Below, one piece after another: positions 27,256 to 42,358 of a stretch of DNA of 64,000 nt. The notes beneath the pieces are model-generated. The model was not told the origin of the DNA. It searched no databases and was given only the letters and a program-made list of their open reading frames with translations. The stretch is from Chrysomallon squamiferum (lineage: Eukaryota > Animalia > Mollusca). Positions within the stretch are counted from its first letter, which is position 1, and each line of letters starts with the position of its first letter. The DNA lies in contig CM022665.1 in NCBI GenBank assembly GCA_012295275.1, forward strand, positions 24,118,001 through 24,182,000, read 5' to 3'. The position numbers and the translations under genes are program-made.

Positions 27256-28309
27256 CATACTCCATCCATATTTTCATTTTATTTATTTTGAATGTCAGAT
27301 CGCAGGTCAGTACGTCTTTGTAACAAACAATACTTAAAGTGTTGATGTCATTTTCTGATTTTTATTTAACTATAACTTAAACATGTTTAGGTTCTCAACT
27401 CAGAAACTGTTACGTAAGTAAGCAGGAGAAGATGACATTTTTATTATTATTATTTTTTGAAACACAATAAATCTAGACAGTTTAATTAGTTAGCCACTAG
27501 TGTTTAATTACTTATTTACCTGATTAATCAGCTAGTTAGTTAGCTAGTTAGTTAAAATACCAAATAATCATTTCATTTTAACAATTACCACATTCATCTG
27601 TAACAGTACTATGAGTTTTTCAGAAAATCACTGTAGAGTTCACATCTATGAACGCTCGTCTAATTAAAACCCGCAGATAAAGAGAAACCAATTATTCACT
27701 GAATTCAAACACTCAGCCGCTTTTCTTGTTAAAAGGTAATAACCAACTGTCGCATTATAACATTGCCGCATTTACAAAGCTTTAAAGGCTCGATAGAGAA
27801 ACCATTCACTACACAAACACCCTTCAATTAGTCCAAACCTGATTACGACTCTCTACCCAGTTATAAACTGAACAAAACTATGTAATTTGGCCTGTGGACC
27901 AAATTGATGTTTTCTTAATCAGTACTTACGAGTGTTGGACAGGCTTATCTTTGATTGCATCTACTGTTTATGGCAAGGACAACAATATTTCTTAGCCTAA
28001 TCTTGTCTCAGACGACTAAACCAGATTTTTTTCTTCTTCTTTTTTAGTTATTGTAGGCATTAACAGTTGATGGCATTATATTATAAGCCTAATAAAGAGA
28101 AGCCTGTATTGTAACCAGCAAATATAAAATTAAATGTCATTTCTCTTTTCAACCCTTTCTATTTTAAATCTTATTGCTTTATAAGAACTAGTGTTAAAAT
28201 AAATCTTTTCAAAAGATGACAGTTTAAACTGTTCTGTAATAGTATGCTTCAGTCCAGATTATGTGTTTAATTGAATCACGGGCGGAAAGCACACACACAA
28301 AAACAAACA

Positions 28310-28520
28310 TTCATGCATACACGCATTATGCATACATAAATGCATGCATACATACATCATACATACATGCATGCATGCATGCATACATTCATCATATATA
28401 GATGCGTACATACATAAATACATACATATATACATACATCAGACATACATACATCAGACATACATGCGTACGTACATACATACATACACACATATGCATG
28501 CATACATACATACATACACA
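28310..28520. repeat. Degenerate (ATAC)n/(ATGC)n microsatellite
   Basis: Read directly. Confidence 0.9.
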
Positions 28521-28996
28521 GAAACACTCACACAAACACGCATATAAATCAAAAGCAAAACCACAGTAAAAGATATGTATAACGAAGTTCAACACTTAGC
28601 TATGTAGACTGTTTATATTTAAACATCGTTGTTAAAACTTGAAAAAACAATACGTTTAGCGATATGCTGCAAGATGAATTACTAATGTTCTTATTTTGTA
28701 ATGACTATTCATTAGCTGGAGATGCCTTAGGTAGATTGTAACATTAACTGGAATGGCTAGAATGCTTTAACTCTAATTTTTCATATGTTCAGCAACTTCT
28801 GCTATAGATAAGTTTTACAATAAGGCCTTGTTAGACTGTTTGCTGCTCTAAACTTTATCTTTGCTTCATGTTCTTTTATTGGAAATTTGTCGTTCTTCAC
28901 TCATCGTATGGCGAGATAAACCAGAGCTGTACGTGTTCTTCAAACCGTATCATTACCTGAAGTTGTACAATAATTACTTCTTCATACTTTTCTCAG

Positions 28997-29190
28997 GAGC
29001 GGATCTGTGTCCTTCTTGGAGAGGGCTTTGTGCAAAATGGGAAGACGTCTTCGCTTTCCTTGTCAGAAAAAAACATAATTATAAAGCATTCACGATCAGT
29101 GAATTCATTTATAAAAACTGATGCATCGCACTCCTCTCTTTCCCTTTCCTTAAAATTGGAATGTAACGAATCATTTAAGTGTTATTTAAG
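28997..29190 (+). other. Candidate internal exon (194 nt, one open frame)
   Basis: Acceptor TTCTTCATACTTTTCTCAG|G and donor AAG|GTAACT. Frame 0 is open (ERICVLLGEGFVQNGKTSSLSL...) but the peptide is not recognisable. Confidence 0.15.
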
Positions 29191-32100
29191 GTAACTCTGC
29201 TGATACAAAGAATATTTTGGACATGTAGTTCCGCTACGGATATTCCGGCAAATTCTCGTTTTCCCTTCATCTGTCCTGTCAGTCACATGAAATCAGTAGA
29301 CGATCGTCTGAAATTGTAGGTGTCGCTGCATGAAGGCAGACGGCAGCGATATGCCGTGATGTATTTACACAGCTGAACGCCTCCGAGATGATCTTTGGTC
29401 TTTTCAATTAAAGATAGTCCTAAAATATACTTAATGATTGAAGTAATACGTAACATCGTGGCCTGGAGAGATAATGAATGATAATTAAAACTCTGTTCTT
29501 TTTGAAAAATTGCTTTTTCTTCTTCTTCGTCTTTTTTTTTTTTTTTCTTTTTTTTCTTTTTTTTTTTTATGATGGCTTTTGCCAGAACAGGATATCTCAG
29601 TTATGTTCCTGTCAGTCAAAATATGTGTGCATTTTTTTTTTCCTTATCTTTCATTCATTCTTTCATTTATTTTGATTAAAAAATCTTTTTTTAAATTTTT
29701 ATCCATTGATTTATTATGTATTTGTGTCTTGTTTGACAGTTATTCAAGAGCAGTAAATTAGATTAACTTTTATTTAATAACGATTCATTATCACGTCCAA
29801 ATTATGTATTCAAACAGCATACTGGTCGAAAAGGATAAAAATAAATAAACAAATAAATAACACACAAGTTTCTGCTGCTATCTCTTCAATACGTTATCTT
29901 TACATGATGTTATTTAATGGGTCTTTGCCGCTCTTCACTCATCTTAACCAGAGATAAACACGATATCTAGAAGCTTATCACATCCGCTCGTTACATTTTG
30001 TTTCCATCTTGTTAAAATCTAGATTTTGAAAACCGCTGCTAATTTTATTAATTTCTTAAAAACGGTAATTTAATTTTAATAATTGTTATGACATGCATAT
30101 CGTAAAAGATGTATGCCTCATTATGGACTGGACTAATCTGATAACTATTATAATTTAATGAATGACTTGATGAAAACTTAAAGTGCAGTAATATTTGTTC
30201 TTTGTAAAGTCCTTTGTGTAATGTACTTACATCACCTTTCGAATTATTTAGTTTGAGTTTAATCCATAATGATTATATCCTGGTGGCAAGAATGTTTTAT
30301 CTAAAATCAACCAGTTATCATCATTAACATTATTAATACTATAGTTATTCTTATCGTTGCTGTTGTTGTTGTCGTTTTTAAATTTCTTTTGTTGTTGTTG
30401 TTCTTGGTTTATGACAATGATGATGATGCTGTACTGTTCGTATTGCTTATAATATTCATTATAATCTTCTCATTTTTCTTTTTCTAATTCTTATGTTATA
30501 ATTTTTATTTTTTTTAATAGCAAAATAAATAAATAAATAAAATAAAATAATTAAAATAAAATAAAAAAAAAAAATTAAAAAATGATAGAGCTAGCAAAAA
30601 GACATTTTTAATAATGTAAACTGTAAAATACTTTTTATTTTCATTTTGTTATTTTCGTTTTCTAACAAATTGTGAAAGTCCGTTATATGTATAAATTATA
30701 AAAGACCTGATACTTCTAATATACGTTACGATTAATAAAACATTAATGAAACCTGTCATTTTAAACTTCCACAAACCTTCCTGTTCCAAAATGCTCGTCT
30801 CAAATTCATTTACATCAAATACATAAAAAAAAAAAAAAAAAAAAATCGTTACTGTTTAATCGATACTTCTTTTCAAAAGTAAATAATATTTTTTTTTTTT
30901 TTTTTTTTTTTTTAAATGTCACATCTGCCATATGCCAGACCCTGACAAACGCCAATGACGAGACAAATGTCATTAACAACAAGACTCGTTTCTTTCGTGA
31001 CACTGAGCCGTAAACCATGGCACAGTGTGAAAATGTCACCCAGTTTTCCACAGGCATCATATTAATTATAAATCCTATATTATTACTATAATCCTAGGCG
31101 GACAGTCCACGACATCTTGTAGGCAATGTTTCTTTAAAGCAATGTGACAGATTTTCGTAATTTTATTTGCATGTTTCTCATTTCTTGGACGTTTATTACT
31201 GTCATCCCCAAGCCGTATCATCTGAGAGGTAAGTAGGTCAACAAGACAGTTCCAGTGCTAGTATACTCTATGTTTTTTCTCTCACTTATTTAAAAATATA
31301 TGTGTGTCTCTTATTACAGCAAGAACAGTGGAATTAAAAATCAGACACCAAAAGGAAAAGAGGTCAGCGGAGAATATATTTTTCTTTTGTAAAATCAGAT
31401 TATTAATCCGAACTCAGGAAATCAGACTCTTTTGCGCCGCAGCCGTCTATCAATATCTTACAGAACAATTAATGAGAATGTCCTTTCGTCTGTCACTTCT
31501 ATTTTCTACCTGTGAGTATTAGGTCATATTATATACCACACCAAGTAATACTTGCTAAACGTAAAAAGTAACATAACTGGAACAAATCATTATAGCATTT
31601 AATTTATTCTTCTTCACGTTACAGTTTACAAGATACGTCTTACATTACGAGTTTTCTATACTGATAATGCAATGGTTGTGTCATCTAATTTGTGTTTATT
31701 ACCATTTGACTTCAAAGTAAGCCGTCTTTGGTATGCTATTTAGAACAGTGATAATATATGATATGATAATAAGATAATCAGAGAAAATAGGATGCTCAGG
31801 CTCAAACAAGAATCGATTTGGTGTTTCGACCTCCAGTACGTTCCAAGTTCAAATCTGACGGCCAGCCAAAGCGGTTAATCTAATTTTAGTGTCTGTTATG
31901 TCTTCCTTTGTTAACGTATTATCTTGCTAACTATAAGTACTTAACTGATTTATGGAACGATCTTTTTTAACTGTTTAGTAATTTTCGAAAATAGTTCAAA
32001 ATTAATTTGAGTACTAAATCCTTGACACATTAAGGATATATAGCTTATTTAGTATTTAAAAAATGTTTTAAAAATAACAACAAAGAGTTGCTTTATTTTT

Positions 32101-34403
32101 AATTTTGTGTTATGTTATTTTTTAAACTAAAATAATAAAAATAATAATAATAAAAATAAAAACATTTGTTAAACGAAAGCACTTCTACTTTTATATCTGC
32201 AGAAAATGATTTTTCAGAATATGTCAAAGTTTTTAATTTTTTTGATGACTTTGGAAAGCTAAACGAGAAATGAAAAAGATATAAACACATACAGACACAC
32301 ACACACACACAGAAATTAAAATTAAAACGAACAATAAAAAGATGAACAATATTATTAAAGTTCTTTATCTTTGTTTTAGTGTGGGGGGTTGTTTTGCTTT
32401 ATTATCTTTTTATTTTATTTTTATTTTTTATTTATTTTTTATTTATTTTGTTCATTTTAATTAAAAATAATATGTTTTCGATATCTCCTTTTCTTTTAAT
32501 AGCTGCAGTTTCCCTTGTTCTGCTGACATTACGATCGACTTTCCCAGAATTTTTTAATTCGTTAACATTATTAAAATCTGAAGCAATGGAAGCACACAAG
32601 AAATAAAATTAAAACTTTTTTTCCCCTTCTGCTTCTTCTTCTACGGAGTGATAAAAACCCCCGTCACACGATTTCTTGCGTATGAAAACATCAAAACCCC
32701 GAAACGATATGAAAACCAGTCGTATTGTGCAATCAGAAGCAAGCTTCGTTTTTGCTGCGGATCGCATTTAATTAAAACTGGTCCCAAGCCACACTTCAAC
32801 ATGACATAAAATCTGAACACATAAAATCTTCTTCTTGGATGTTTTGTCGTAAAAATTCATTATGTAATATCTGTGTGCATTGCACTAGCAATAAAGACAT
32901 TGGAGGCGTTCGAATGATGTCCGTTAACGCTTCAAGCTGGTAGTAACAAGTTAACGCTTGTCATATTACCAAATGTGGCGCGCACTCTCGTAAACGTAGC
33001 CATAACACTTAGTTTTCCGGAAATCGTCATCTTTCCCTGTCCAGTGATAAACATCGCCAGGCGTGTTATAAACCAGTATCTCCCGACAGGCAATCTACGG
33101 GTTACCATTTTATTAGATCAACTTATACAAACAAAATAAATTGAATTGCTCTTCTGCAAGAATCCGGGCACATCACATGCAATATGCGATGCTCTGGTCG
33201 GTAACGAAGAAAGAAGTACAGGGTTACAGGATTGTTTGTTGTAATAAATTCACATCTCTTGCTGAACGAAGATGAAAGCTGATTTAAGTGGCATTTCGCA
33301 ATTTTTTTTTTATTATTATTTTTTTTTTTATAATTTTTAATATTTGTTTCGTTTTTCCCGTAGTTTTTATTTTTATTTATTATTTTATTTCATTTGCGAA
33401 CTTTTTATTTCTTTTCCTTTTCTTTTTATCCATTCTTTACGAACACTTTTTTTTTTTTTTTTTTAATTTCGTTCAGTTTGCTTTCTATTTTTCTTGTTCT
33501 TATTCTTATTATTATTAGTAGCAGTAGTAGTAGTACGATTAATATTACTTTTCTACCACAACCACTACATCTTTTAATATTACTAGTACTACCACTACCA
33601 ATTTTACTTCTACTACTACTACTCACCACAACAAATATTACTAATTACTACTACTTAATCTAGTAGTTCCTGAAACAATAATATTATCACCGTATGAAAA
33701 CTTTTACATTATTATTAATATTGTTGTCGTCGTCGTCGTTTTAGAGCTATTATTGATAGCATTATTATCATTAAAGCTATTTCCCTAATGTTAACATATT
33801 GTTAATGCTCCTTTTTCCTCACATTATTTCATACTTTCTGAACATTAAGCCATGGCTTTGTTATATGACGCTGCACTGAATGATGGACTGAATCCCCTAT
33901 TAACTAGAACCGCAGGCGACCATCTTACTACCAGGCTAAATCCTGCCCTTTTTAACCCACACGACGTTCTATCAATAAGTAACCGTGTTAATTATAAAAA
34001 CAAGCATGGCTGGTCTAAGTCTTTAAGACAATTACTATTTATCTGAGGCTTGTTTGTTTGGAAGCATTTCGGTCAGTTATCGATTCTTTGGCGACCGTAG
34101 TTTTCACTTTGCTTGAGTCAAATGGAAGCTGGTCAGTAGAACAGTTTAAAATAAACAATTTAGACTGAACGATAAGAAAATAAAAATGAGAAAGAAAGAA
34201 AAATTGAAGCAAGTGGAATGGCGAAGTAGAGAAATTAAGTGGATGATGTTCTAATGAAAAAAAAAATAAGAAAGGAAGAAAGAAAGATGATTAAAGAAAG
34301 GACAATGGCAAAAGGAAAGAAAGAATGAAAGAAAGCAGACATTTCGGTATTACAAAGAAAGAAGACAGGAAAGAAACAGAAAAATTAAAAAAACACACAC
34401 ACA

Positions 34404-34447
<44 letters not shown>

Positions 34448-34736
34448 AATATCTATGTTAGAAACAAAATAAAATTTATTTTGGAGTGTTTGAAAACTGG
34501 TATTCTTGCACTTTCATGCAAAGCAGCACGCAGTACGGCTTGCGAACTAATTCAACTCTCCACTGAGGCAAAGTGTTTCGGACACACTACACTGCAGTAG
34601 AAACGATTTGGTTTCATCACTGGTCTCTGTTCTCTCACATCCACAGAAAAAAACTTTGAACGTTTCCAGAATCAAAGGTAAATGTGTTTATTTTACACAT
34701 TCTCGATTCTGAAGTATAAAATCCGCACCATGCTGC

Positions 34737-34745
34737 TATATAAAG
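34737..34745 (+). promoter_or_regulatory. Candidate TATA box
   Basis: TATATAAAG within a high-complexity island, with an Inr-like CGAGTT about 26 bp downstream. Motif evidence only. Confidence 0.2.
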
Positions 34746-34869
34746 AACTCGGAGGGTTATTACGAGTTCACGGATGTCGTGTGTTATTCTGAAGACGTAG
34801 AACATGCTGTTCCGTAACGAGGCAGCCGTGTTTTTGAAAGACTCAAGACAAATAATAGTTTAACAGATG

Positions 34870-34900
<31 letters not shown>

Positions 34901-35704
34901 CAACGGAGCATTGATATTAATGAATGGGGAACAAAAAACATAACAGAATGTGAAACAATAACAACAACAACAACAGCAACAACAAAATAATAATAATAAT
35001 CATAATTTTAGTAAAACAGATATTTTTGCACCAAGTTCATTTGAGCATTCCAGTTGTGGGCTGTTTTGTAACACGTGACTTCAGATTAGGTAGCTATTTA
35101 CTAGTTAACAAACTGTATAATGGGTGATCACATTATTCGTAAAAAAAAAAAAAATTTTTTATCTTCATTAATTATTATTATGATTATAAATAAAAAATAT
35201 CATTTGAAATGTATATATAATATAATGGAATATGGAAAGCAGACCTAGACACTTAGTTTGCTTATTCCTTTAAGTCATGTTCATACTGTAACGGGTTATT
35301 CTGGGATAATGTAAGTCGATGGAAGCACTGGCTAGTTCAAAGACTGAGGAATGTAATGTTCTGCATGGTACGATGCATACTTGCCTTACTTGACAGGACG
35401 GAATTGGGACAACGTTTTTAATCTCTGTGACCGAGACATAGCAAATCTGAATTACAGAACTTTAAGGACATTTTCTGCGTACTGTTATCGGTTTAAATTA
35501 TTCGTGATTAATTGAGTCGTTTTGTGGCCAACATCAAAACAATGTATGAACAAAGAGAAGAAGGAAGAGTAATGCTAAACAAAAATGAATATATGATAAA
35601 ATGAAAACCAGGTCCTTGTTACTTAATTAAAATACATTGGACATACCTGCCAAAGTTTTTCATGTCATCAAAAATAGGTTATTTGGATTGTTAACCATCA
35701 CTGT

Positions 35705-35747
<43 letters not shown>

Positions 35748-36559
35748 TTTCTTAACACTTTTAGCTTTTTGACTAGTTTTAGTGACGATTTTTCAATAAA
35801 TATGCGGTTATTTATGCATTATTTTGTAAATACTCGACAAACGTATGTGTGTATATATTTCTGACTGAGTGTTCGAGAACGTTTATAAAATGTCCGTCAA
35901 TACATCAGGATATTTCAGCGAACTCTGTGTCTTTTAATAAACAAATCGCATGTAGTAGCAACATAAAAAAAAGAAAAAAAAAGAAATTAAACGCCAGCGA
36001 TAACATTTACGCTTATTTTATGCAGACATTTAGAAGTAATAGAGCTGACAGCGCGCGAATGCAGTGGTTTCGGGTGACCGCAGTATATACAGATGTCCAA
36101 AAATCTATTACCGCCCTTTGACTTCCGAGAGAGGATCAGCCGAAACCAAACAAGAAACTGACACGGTACCGCTGTGAATGGTCCCAGGAAACACGCCTGT
36201 AAACCAGGTATATGTGGTGCTTGAGTAAAAAAAAAAAAAAAAAAAAGCTTCTCCCGTTTGGCCAGTGGGATAAAGCAAGGCTGTACACCTACTCCATTAC
36301 GATTTGCGTTAAACTGCAAAAAGAAAGCAGAGGAATATTCGAGCTTATTTGCTCGCACTTTTAATCCTTTTATTTATACTTTTAAAGTTGGTTTTTAATT
36401 CCTCTGCTTCTTCTTCTTTCTTTTTTTTTTTCTATTATAAATTCTCACTGAGTGCCTTAGTAGAAGAAGAAGTAAAAATGGGAATAAAAGAGTGAGATAT
36501 AAAAACAAGATTACCTTTCATTGGTCTGACAGCGTTATCTTCTTTATTTCTTCCTACAG

Positions 36560-36804
36560 GGAAATTGGAAAGTGTTTGCGGATATATACCTGAGAGAGCG
36601 TTCAGCGGGATTCAGCGAGTGACTGGGATTGTTGAAAAGTCTTAACAGCTTCGCGGCAAATATTTCTCGTTTATCTACGTATTATATTGTGAACTTGGAG
36701 AGAAACTTTACCGCGTTGTGTCACAGCTAAAGGGATTATTGTTGGTAAATGGATAACCTTTAACTGAAGGTGGGTAATGTCTTGATATTTCTATTGTGTG
36801 AATG
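36560..36804 (+). other. Candidate non-coding/5'UTR exon ending in ATG
   Basis: CTGAC branch-like word at about 36526, strong acceptor TTATCTTCTTTATTTCTTCCTACAG|G, donor ATG|GTAAGC. All three frames contain stops. Confidence 0.3.
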
Positions 36805-36871
36805 GTAAGCGTTTTTGGACGGTGCCTAGGTTAGGTCGCTGTATGTTATCATGTACCTCCTTACTTTTTCC

Positions 36872-36875
<4 letters not shown>

Positions 36876-36928
<53 letters not shown>
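36876..36928. repeat. (CT)n microsatellite
   Basis: Read directly. Confidence 0.95.
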
Positions 36929-36931
<3 letters not shown>

Positions 36932-37122
36932 AAAAATAATTTATTAATATTCCTGTTGTTCTGCAGAATATAGAAGAAGTACTAGCAGTACTATGAATAA
37001 CAATAGTACTACTAGAAATAGTATATATATATATATACTTTCTCGTCTTATTTATTGAATGTATGTTATTATTACAGTATTGTTGTTGTTGTTATTATTG
37101 TAGTTATTTATTGTTGTCGGGC

Positions 37123-37131
37123 TTGTTGTTG

Positions 37132-37197
<66 letters not shown>
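37123..37197. repeat. (TTG)n/(TTA)n microsatellite
   Basis: Read directly. Confidence 0.95.
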
Positions 37198-38169
37198 GCG
37201 GTAGAATCCAAGAAATTACTATATATATATATATATATTTTTTTTTTTTTGTCTTCATATTCAACGCACATAAAACCAAAATCTCTACGAAGTCGACCCA
37301 ATTTTGTTATCGTCACAGGAGTATAATAAATCTCTCCTCGCGCTTAAAATTTTATTTATATAAAAGTCGCGAGTTCAAAATTGCAATTTTTATTTTTGAA
37401 AAAATCAGGATTTAGCTTTGAACTTCAAGCAAAGGCGGATCCAAGCCTCAGAAGAAAAGGCGGATGCTCCATGAAATTTCTAGATATGTCTTCCAAGATA
37501 AAACGAATGTATGGCTATTGTACGATTATTAGCCTGCAGGTGATTGCGAGATAACTAACTAAATGATAATTCGATGTGTATTTAATGAATCTGATGTTAC
37601 TTTGTCTGTTACAAATGTGAAAATTAGTATGTAATAGGTCTATTATACTACTAAATTTTTTTTTTTTAAGCTTTTTTCTTTTCAGATTGCTTGCCGCTAA
37701 TAATGTTGACAGATAATAATTAAAATAATGTTAGATGCATTTTTATTTAGACACAATTTTCATTTAATTTATATTAATCATGTAATCCCTTAGTCTACAG
37801 AATAACGCTATTTATTTTACTTGACAGCCATGCCTGATTAACGTTTTTCTTCTTTTTTTTTCCTATTCAGTAAAAACGTGTACTTTAAATAAAACAACTT
37901 TACTTTAATTTTCAAGATATGTATGTATGTATTAACATGTTTGTCTGCGTATTGTGTATATCTTTTCACCTTTATTAAATGATTTGATTAAACACATAAA
38001 TGCCATTTTTGATTTATTAATACGCAACAAACTTCAGTCGCTGGCTTTATAGCTTTTTGCCATCAACGTCGCTATTTCACGCAGGTGATTTGGGTGGAGT
38101 ACTTATGGCGTATTTCTACAGCAATGCAGAAAAGGAAATTAGGAAAGTAAACTATCTTTGAACAATAGC

Positions 38170-38590
38170 CCTCTGACAAGCGTCCGCGTGAGAAATGCTA
38201 ATTGAAAAGTGTATTTACGTGTTCTATGAAGGTAGCAGACAGTTCTGAAAGACACGTGGTTTCCTTGCGGTACTGAAACAGTTACAAATATGATCTGTCA
38301 ATTGCGGCAGGGGGTAACTGGCGCTTTTTGTCTTGGAAACACAATACAGAACGCGGAGCGTGCGCGCCTGTATGGTTTTCGTCAGCGGCTGAAAGAAAAA
38401 GCCTTCGCACACCTTATCGGCAAGCAAAGGTGGGAGGCGAAGTATCGAGCAGTTCTCAGCAAAACGTATCGCTCTTTTTGGCTTCCCCAGTTTCGCGCTG
38501 GCTCGAAAGCCGCGTGTGGACAAAACATCACGTACGTGTATGGGAAATCTTAAAGGGCCGCAGCGTTAGGTTTTTCTCACCGCGGCTTTT
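38170..38590. promoter_or_regulatory. CpG-rich high-complexity island (enhancer- or promoter-like)
   Basis: Dense CG/CGCG words in an AT-rich background. Overlapping ORFs on both strands are unrecognisable. Confidence 0.35.
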
Positions 38591-38822
38591 TGTTTTGATG
38601 GAGTTTTGCTGTTGTTGTGTCTAGATTAGATCGTTCCAAGGGGGTTAATTTAAATTTTTATAAACCATTCAACAAATAAACAGAAATTATCTTCAGCTAA
38701 CAATACTAAGCATGTTATTTTCTTTCTTTATTTATTTCATTCTTTCCGTTATTGTTCTAAAGTTTTGTAATTACTACTACGTCTATTATAACTGCTGTAC
38801 TGCTACTGCTGATAACGCTACA

Positions 38823-38869
<47 letters not shown>

Positions 38870-38895
38870 AACTACTGCTACTATTACTACTACTA
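38823..38895. repeat. (CTA)n microsatellite
   Basis: Read directly; explains the poly-T ORF at 38712. Confidence 0.9.
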
Positions 38896-39395
38896 TTCCT
38901 ATTACAATTCCTATTACTATTACAACTTCTGTTATAGCTGTTAATAATTCTAACACTATTACTACGATCTTTTAGTATAGCTGAATGACTTGAAATAATA
39001 TGATTCTTGTGTTTTTATGTTTCGTAAGCAGAACATTTTATATGCCTAATATATTTGAGCCGTAGTGATAAATGGAGACACAAATAGCTAATAAGTATAT
39101 CTTTTTTTCTAAACTGCACATTCTAAACACAGAAGGTGACATATTTATGTGAGGAAAAGACAGCAGTTATTGTTTCTCTGGAATATTTAGCTCTTTTAAC
39201 CATCTGGTGTAGAGTTTGGCACACTTCAGTTTTCAGACATACATTCATGTTAATGATTTAAGACCAGAATGAGCTAGTTCTAAACAAAGAGTCGTGGAAG
39301 TTATTGTCAGAATGTAACTGTCAAGGGACGGCCCCAACGTGTTGCAGTATTTTGTAATTTATTTTCACAATGTCGTGTTTCCATTTACACAAAAC

Positions 39396-39429
<34 letters not shown>

Positions 39430-40374
39430 AAGTGTAAGATTTCAGAATCGAAATGAATTCGAAATGCAGACTCATTTAAGTGTCTTGTTTAGGTGTGAGT
39501 ATGTTAAAGTGCTAATTAGGGTGAAGGATATAATAACAAACAAACATTGGTTCGCTTTTTTTGTGATATGGTTTATAAATAAATTAGAAGCAGATACCGT
39601 GATGCAGTCTCTTCTTCAACAGCTTAATAACAGTTCTAACAAGTTTAGTTGTTTCCCTTGTAAACATTTTTTCCTTTGTAACATGCGTAGTGGATGGCTG
39701 GACTAGAAAAGGGAGCATAATGATATTTCATAATGTTTCTAAATAACTGTTCTCTTATGATACTGTCTATAATACAGGCTGATTCGTAGTTAAAGTTCAG
39801 TGCGTCAAAGCAGGTACAATATTAAATTAACTCGTACTCATGATACATTCCCAGAGTGATGTCTGATTCTGTGATCAGAAAATACTGGCAATAGAAATAA
39901 TAGTTAATTTTCCTTTATAGTTTTGATTTCTGCTAAATTTGCAATGACAACAAGTTTATAGCATGATTAAGAAATTATTTCTGCTGGTCAGGAAGTAATT
40001 AACTTAAAGTGTCGTATAATTTTTATTTCTCACGAATATGTTTTATAGAAAACTGTGGAAAAACAACAACTCCTGATTATTATAATGTTTATATAAACAA
40101 ATCTCTGACAAATTACTTAAGTCTGTTAATGGACAGGAAGCAATTGATGAATATTGATTATGATTTAAATTCCAATAGAATGATGTTGTCATTTTTAATC
40201 ATTTATATCTGAAAGGCATGAAATGTCAAAACAAAATAATTTGAGGTTTCGCAAAACTTTTATGATCTTAAAATTATTAGATTTGCTAATGTTTGATCTG
40301 TATGCGTGAGGTCAGTTTCTGTCTATCTGTCTGACTGTGTGTCCATCTGTGCATGTAACTTTCTTTTCTTTATC

Positions 40375-40476
<102 letters not shown>

Positions 40477-40949
40477 CTCTCTCTCTAGGCTATGTGTTTT
40501 AGTGTAATTTAGTTATATTCAGTAAGTTAACAAAAGGAAAAAGTTAAAGTCATTTTACTTGTAGTATTATCTCGTTGCTTTTCATCTTTTACCTCAGACA
40601 AACTAATTGGTGTTAAAACATTTCAACAATTTGTCAAATTAGTGTTGTTTGAGTGTCCTTTACCTGTAACTTAAGTCAAATACCTGTCAAAGTGGAAACA
40701 AGGCTATTCCCATATCAACACGATTTATCGTAACCCTTCATATAACTGTCCCGACCTGCGGGTTAAAACCCCTGGCGAGAAACAATTATTCAGCAAAAAT
40801 GCCACGACATCCACACAAACGAAAACAGACAGACTGCAAACAACACGAAAATAAAACTATCACGAATTTAGAGAGAAGAAGTAAAAAGATGTTCCTTGAG
40901 GATTCTGGCCCACCCAGCTCGTGATGTTATTTTGTAACAAGACATTGGA

Positions 40950-40960
40950 AAGATGGCGGC
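40950..40960 (+). promoter_or_regulatory. YY1/PHO-like site
   Basis: AAGATGGCGGC matches the extended YY1 consensus (CAARATGGCGGC) over 11 nt. Confidence 0.4.
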
Positions 40961-41562
40961 CGGCCGGTTGGAAGTAATCAGGGAGGTCTTTTGCGTCAAA
41001 GCTTGTTCATACAAGAGATTGGTTATCTCTACGGCTTCTTGGAACGCAAGATTCCTTGTCACACTCAGGAGATGACAACAACAAGGTGACACGAGACACA
41101 TCTCCAGACAAGTGAAGTGATCTGTAAATACGTTCAATTACAGGGGACTAACAAATAAACTCGGGCTATTACCTGCTAATTTGTCAATATTTGATACCAG
41201 AAAGTGCTTCTCGTTGTGTCGGTAGCAAATGATTGATATATGATACAGACTCGTGATGTATCGGCATTCAGATGGCTTAGCTGTGCTCGCCTACTCTTTT
41301 GAACCTTTCTTTGCAAAGCATTTTTCAACTAATTGATTAATACTTCAGTGCGGTGCATGTAGTTCGTCTAGCTTTCACTTAGTCAATAGAGAACACAGGT
41401 CTGAGGGTAACCAATTTCAAACTAAAATAATGAAAACAAAATTACGTTTTCTGGTTTCGAAACACAGATTCCTAAGAAATATTGAATCTAAAGATCAAGT
41501 GTATCCCCCCTCCCACCTTTATATAAAAACTTAACTTTTTATTTATTTGTTATTACTGTAGT

Positions 41563-41602
<40 letters not shown>

Positions 41603-42230
41603 TTTATTATTGCAATGTCTTTACAGGAGTTTGTAACCAAAAAATAAAAAATAGAAAATAAAAAAAGATAAAATGTATTGAAAACGAAAAGAGAACAGAG
41701 TCAATTATCCAACATTATTATTCGTTTTACTTCTAAAAAGTTAAATCTTTATTTAAATAAATGTCTTTCAATATTCAGTAATATCGTGTGGTATTTCTGG
41801 ACTTTATATGTCACTGCCATTTGATTTTACGACTAAGGCGCTTTTGAGAATTGCATGATCTAATCCCTTAAGTGACACATTAAGTACTAAACGTTTGTTC
41901 AGGTTAATGTAGTCAACGTGTCAGCTCTGATGAAAAGAGTAATCGCTTTACTTGTTATCGCTACAGGTTGTTACGAAACATCATGGGTCATCTTCGATCC
42001 TTTTCACTCGCTGAAGGACCGCGTTATCTTGTAATATGTGTAAACTGCTCCTCTCATAAGTGCTGCTTAGACACATTGGTGTTTGTACACATATATACAT
42101 ATATACAAACGCACACACATACATGCATATATATATATATATATATATATCTACATATACAAATTTGCACGCATACGTATACGATGTATTTATCTACATA
42201 CACACATATACCCACATTATATACACACTC

Positions 42231-42358
42231 ATACACATACATACATACATACATACATACATACATACATACATACATACATACATACATACATACATAC
42301 ATACATACATACATACATACATACATACATACATACATACATACATTCATACATACAT
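42231..42358. repeat. (ATAC)n microsatellite
   Basis: Read directly; explains the HTYI and MYVC ORFs. Confidence 0.95.

Noticed and set aside
29157-29175. miR-1-like TGGAATGTAA (also miR-10/100-like words near 6359 and 7600, miR-124-like near 47339)
   Set aside because: Only about 10 nt match the mature sequences and I found no complementary star arm.
38224-38624. Three overlapping ORFs in the CpG island
   Set aside because: Open frames on both strands reflect GC content; no recognisable protein or convincing splice pair.
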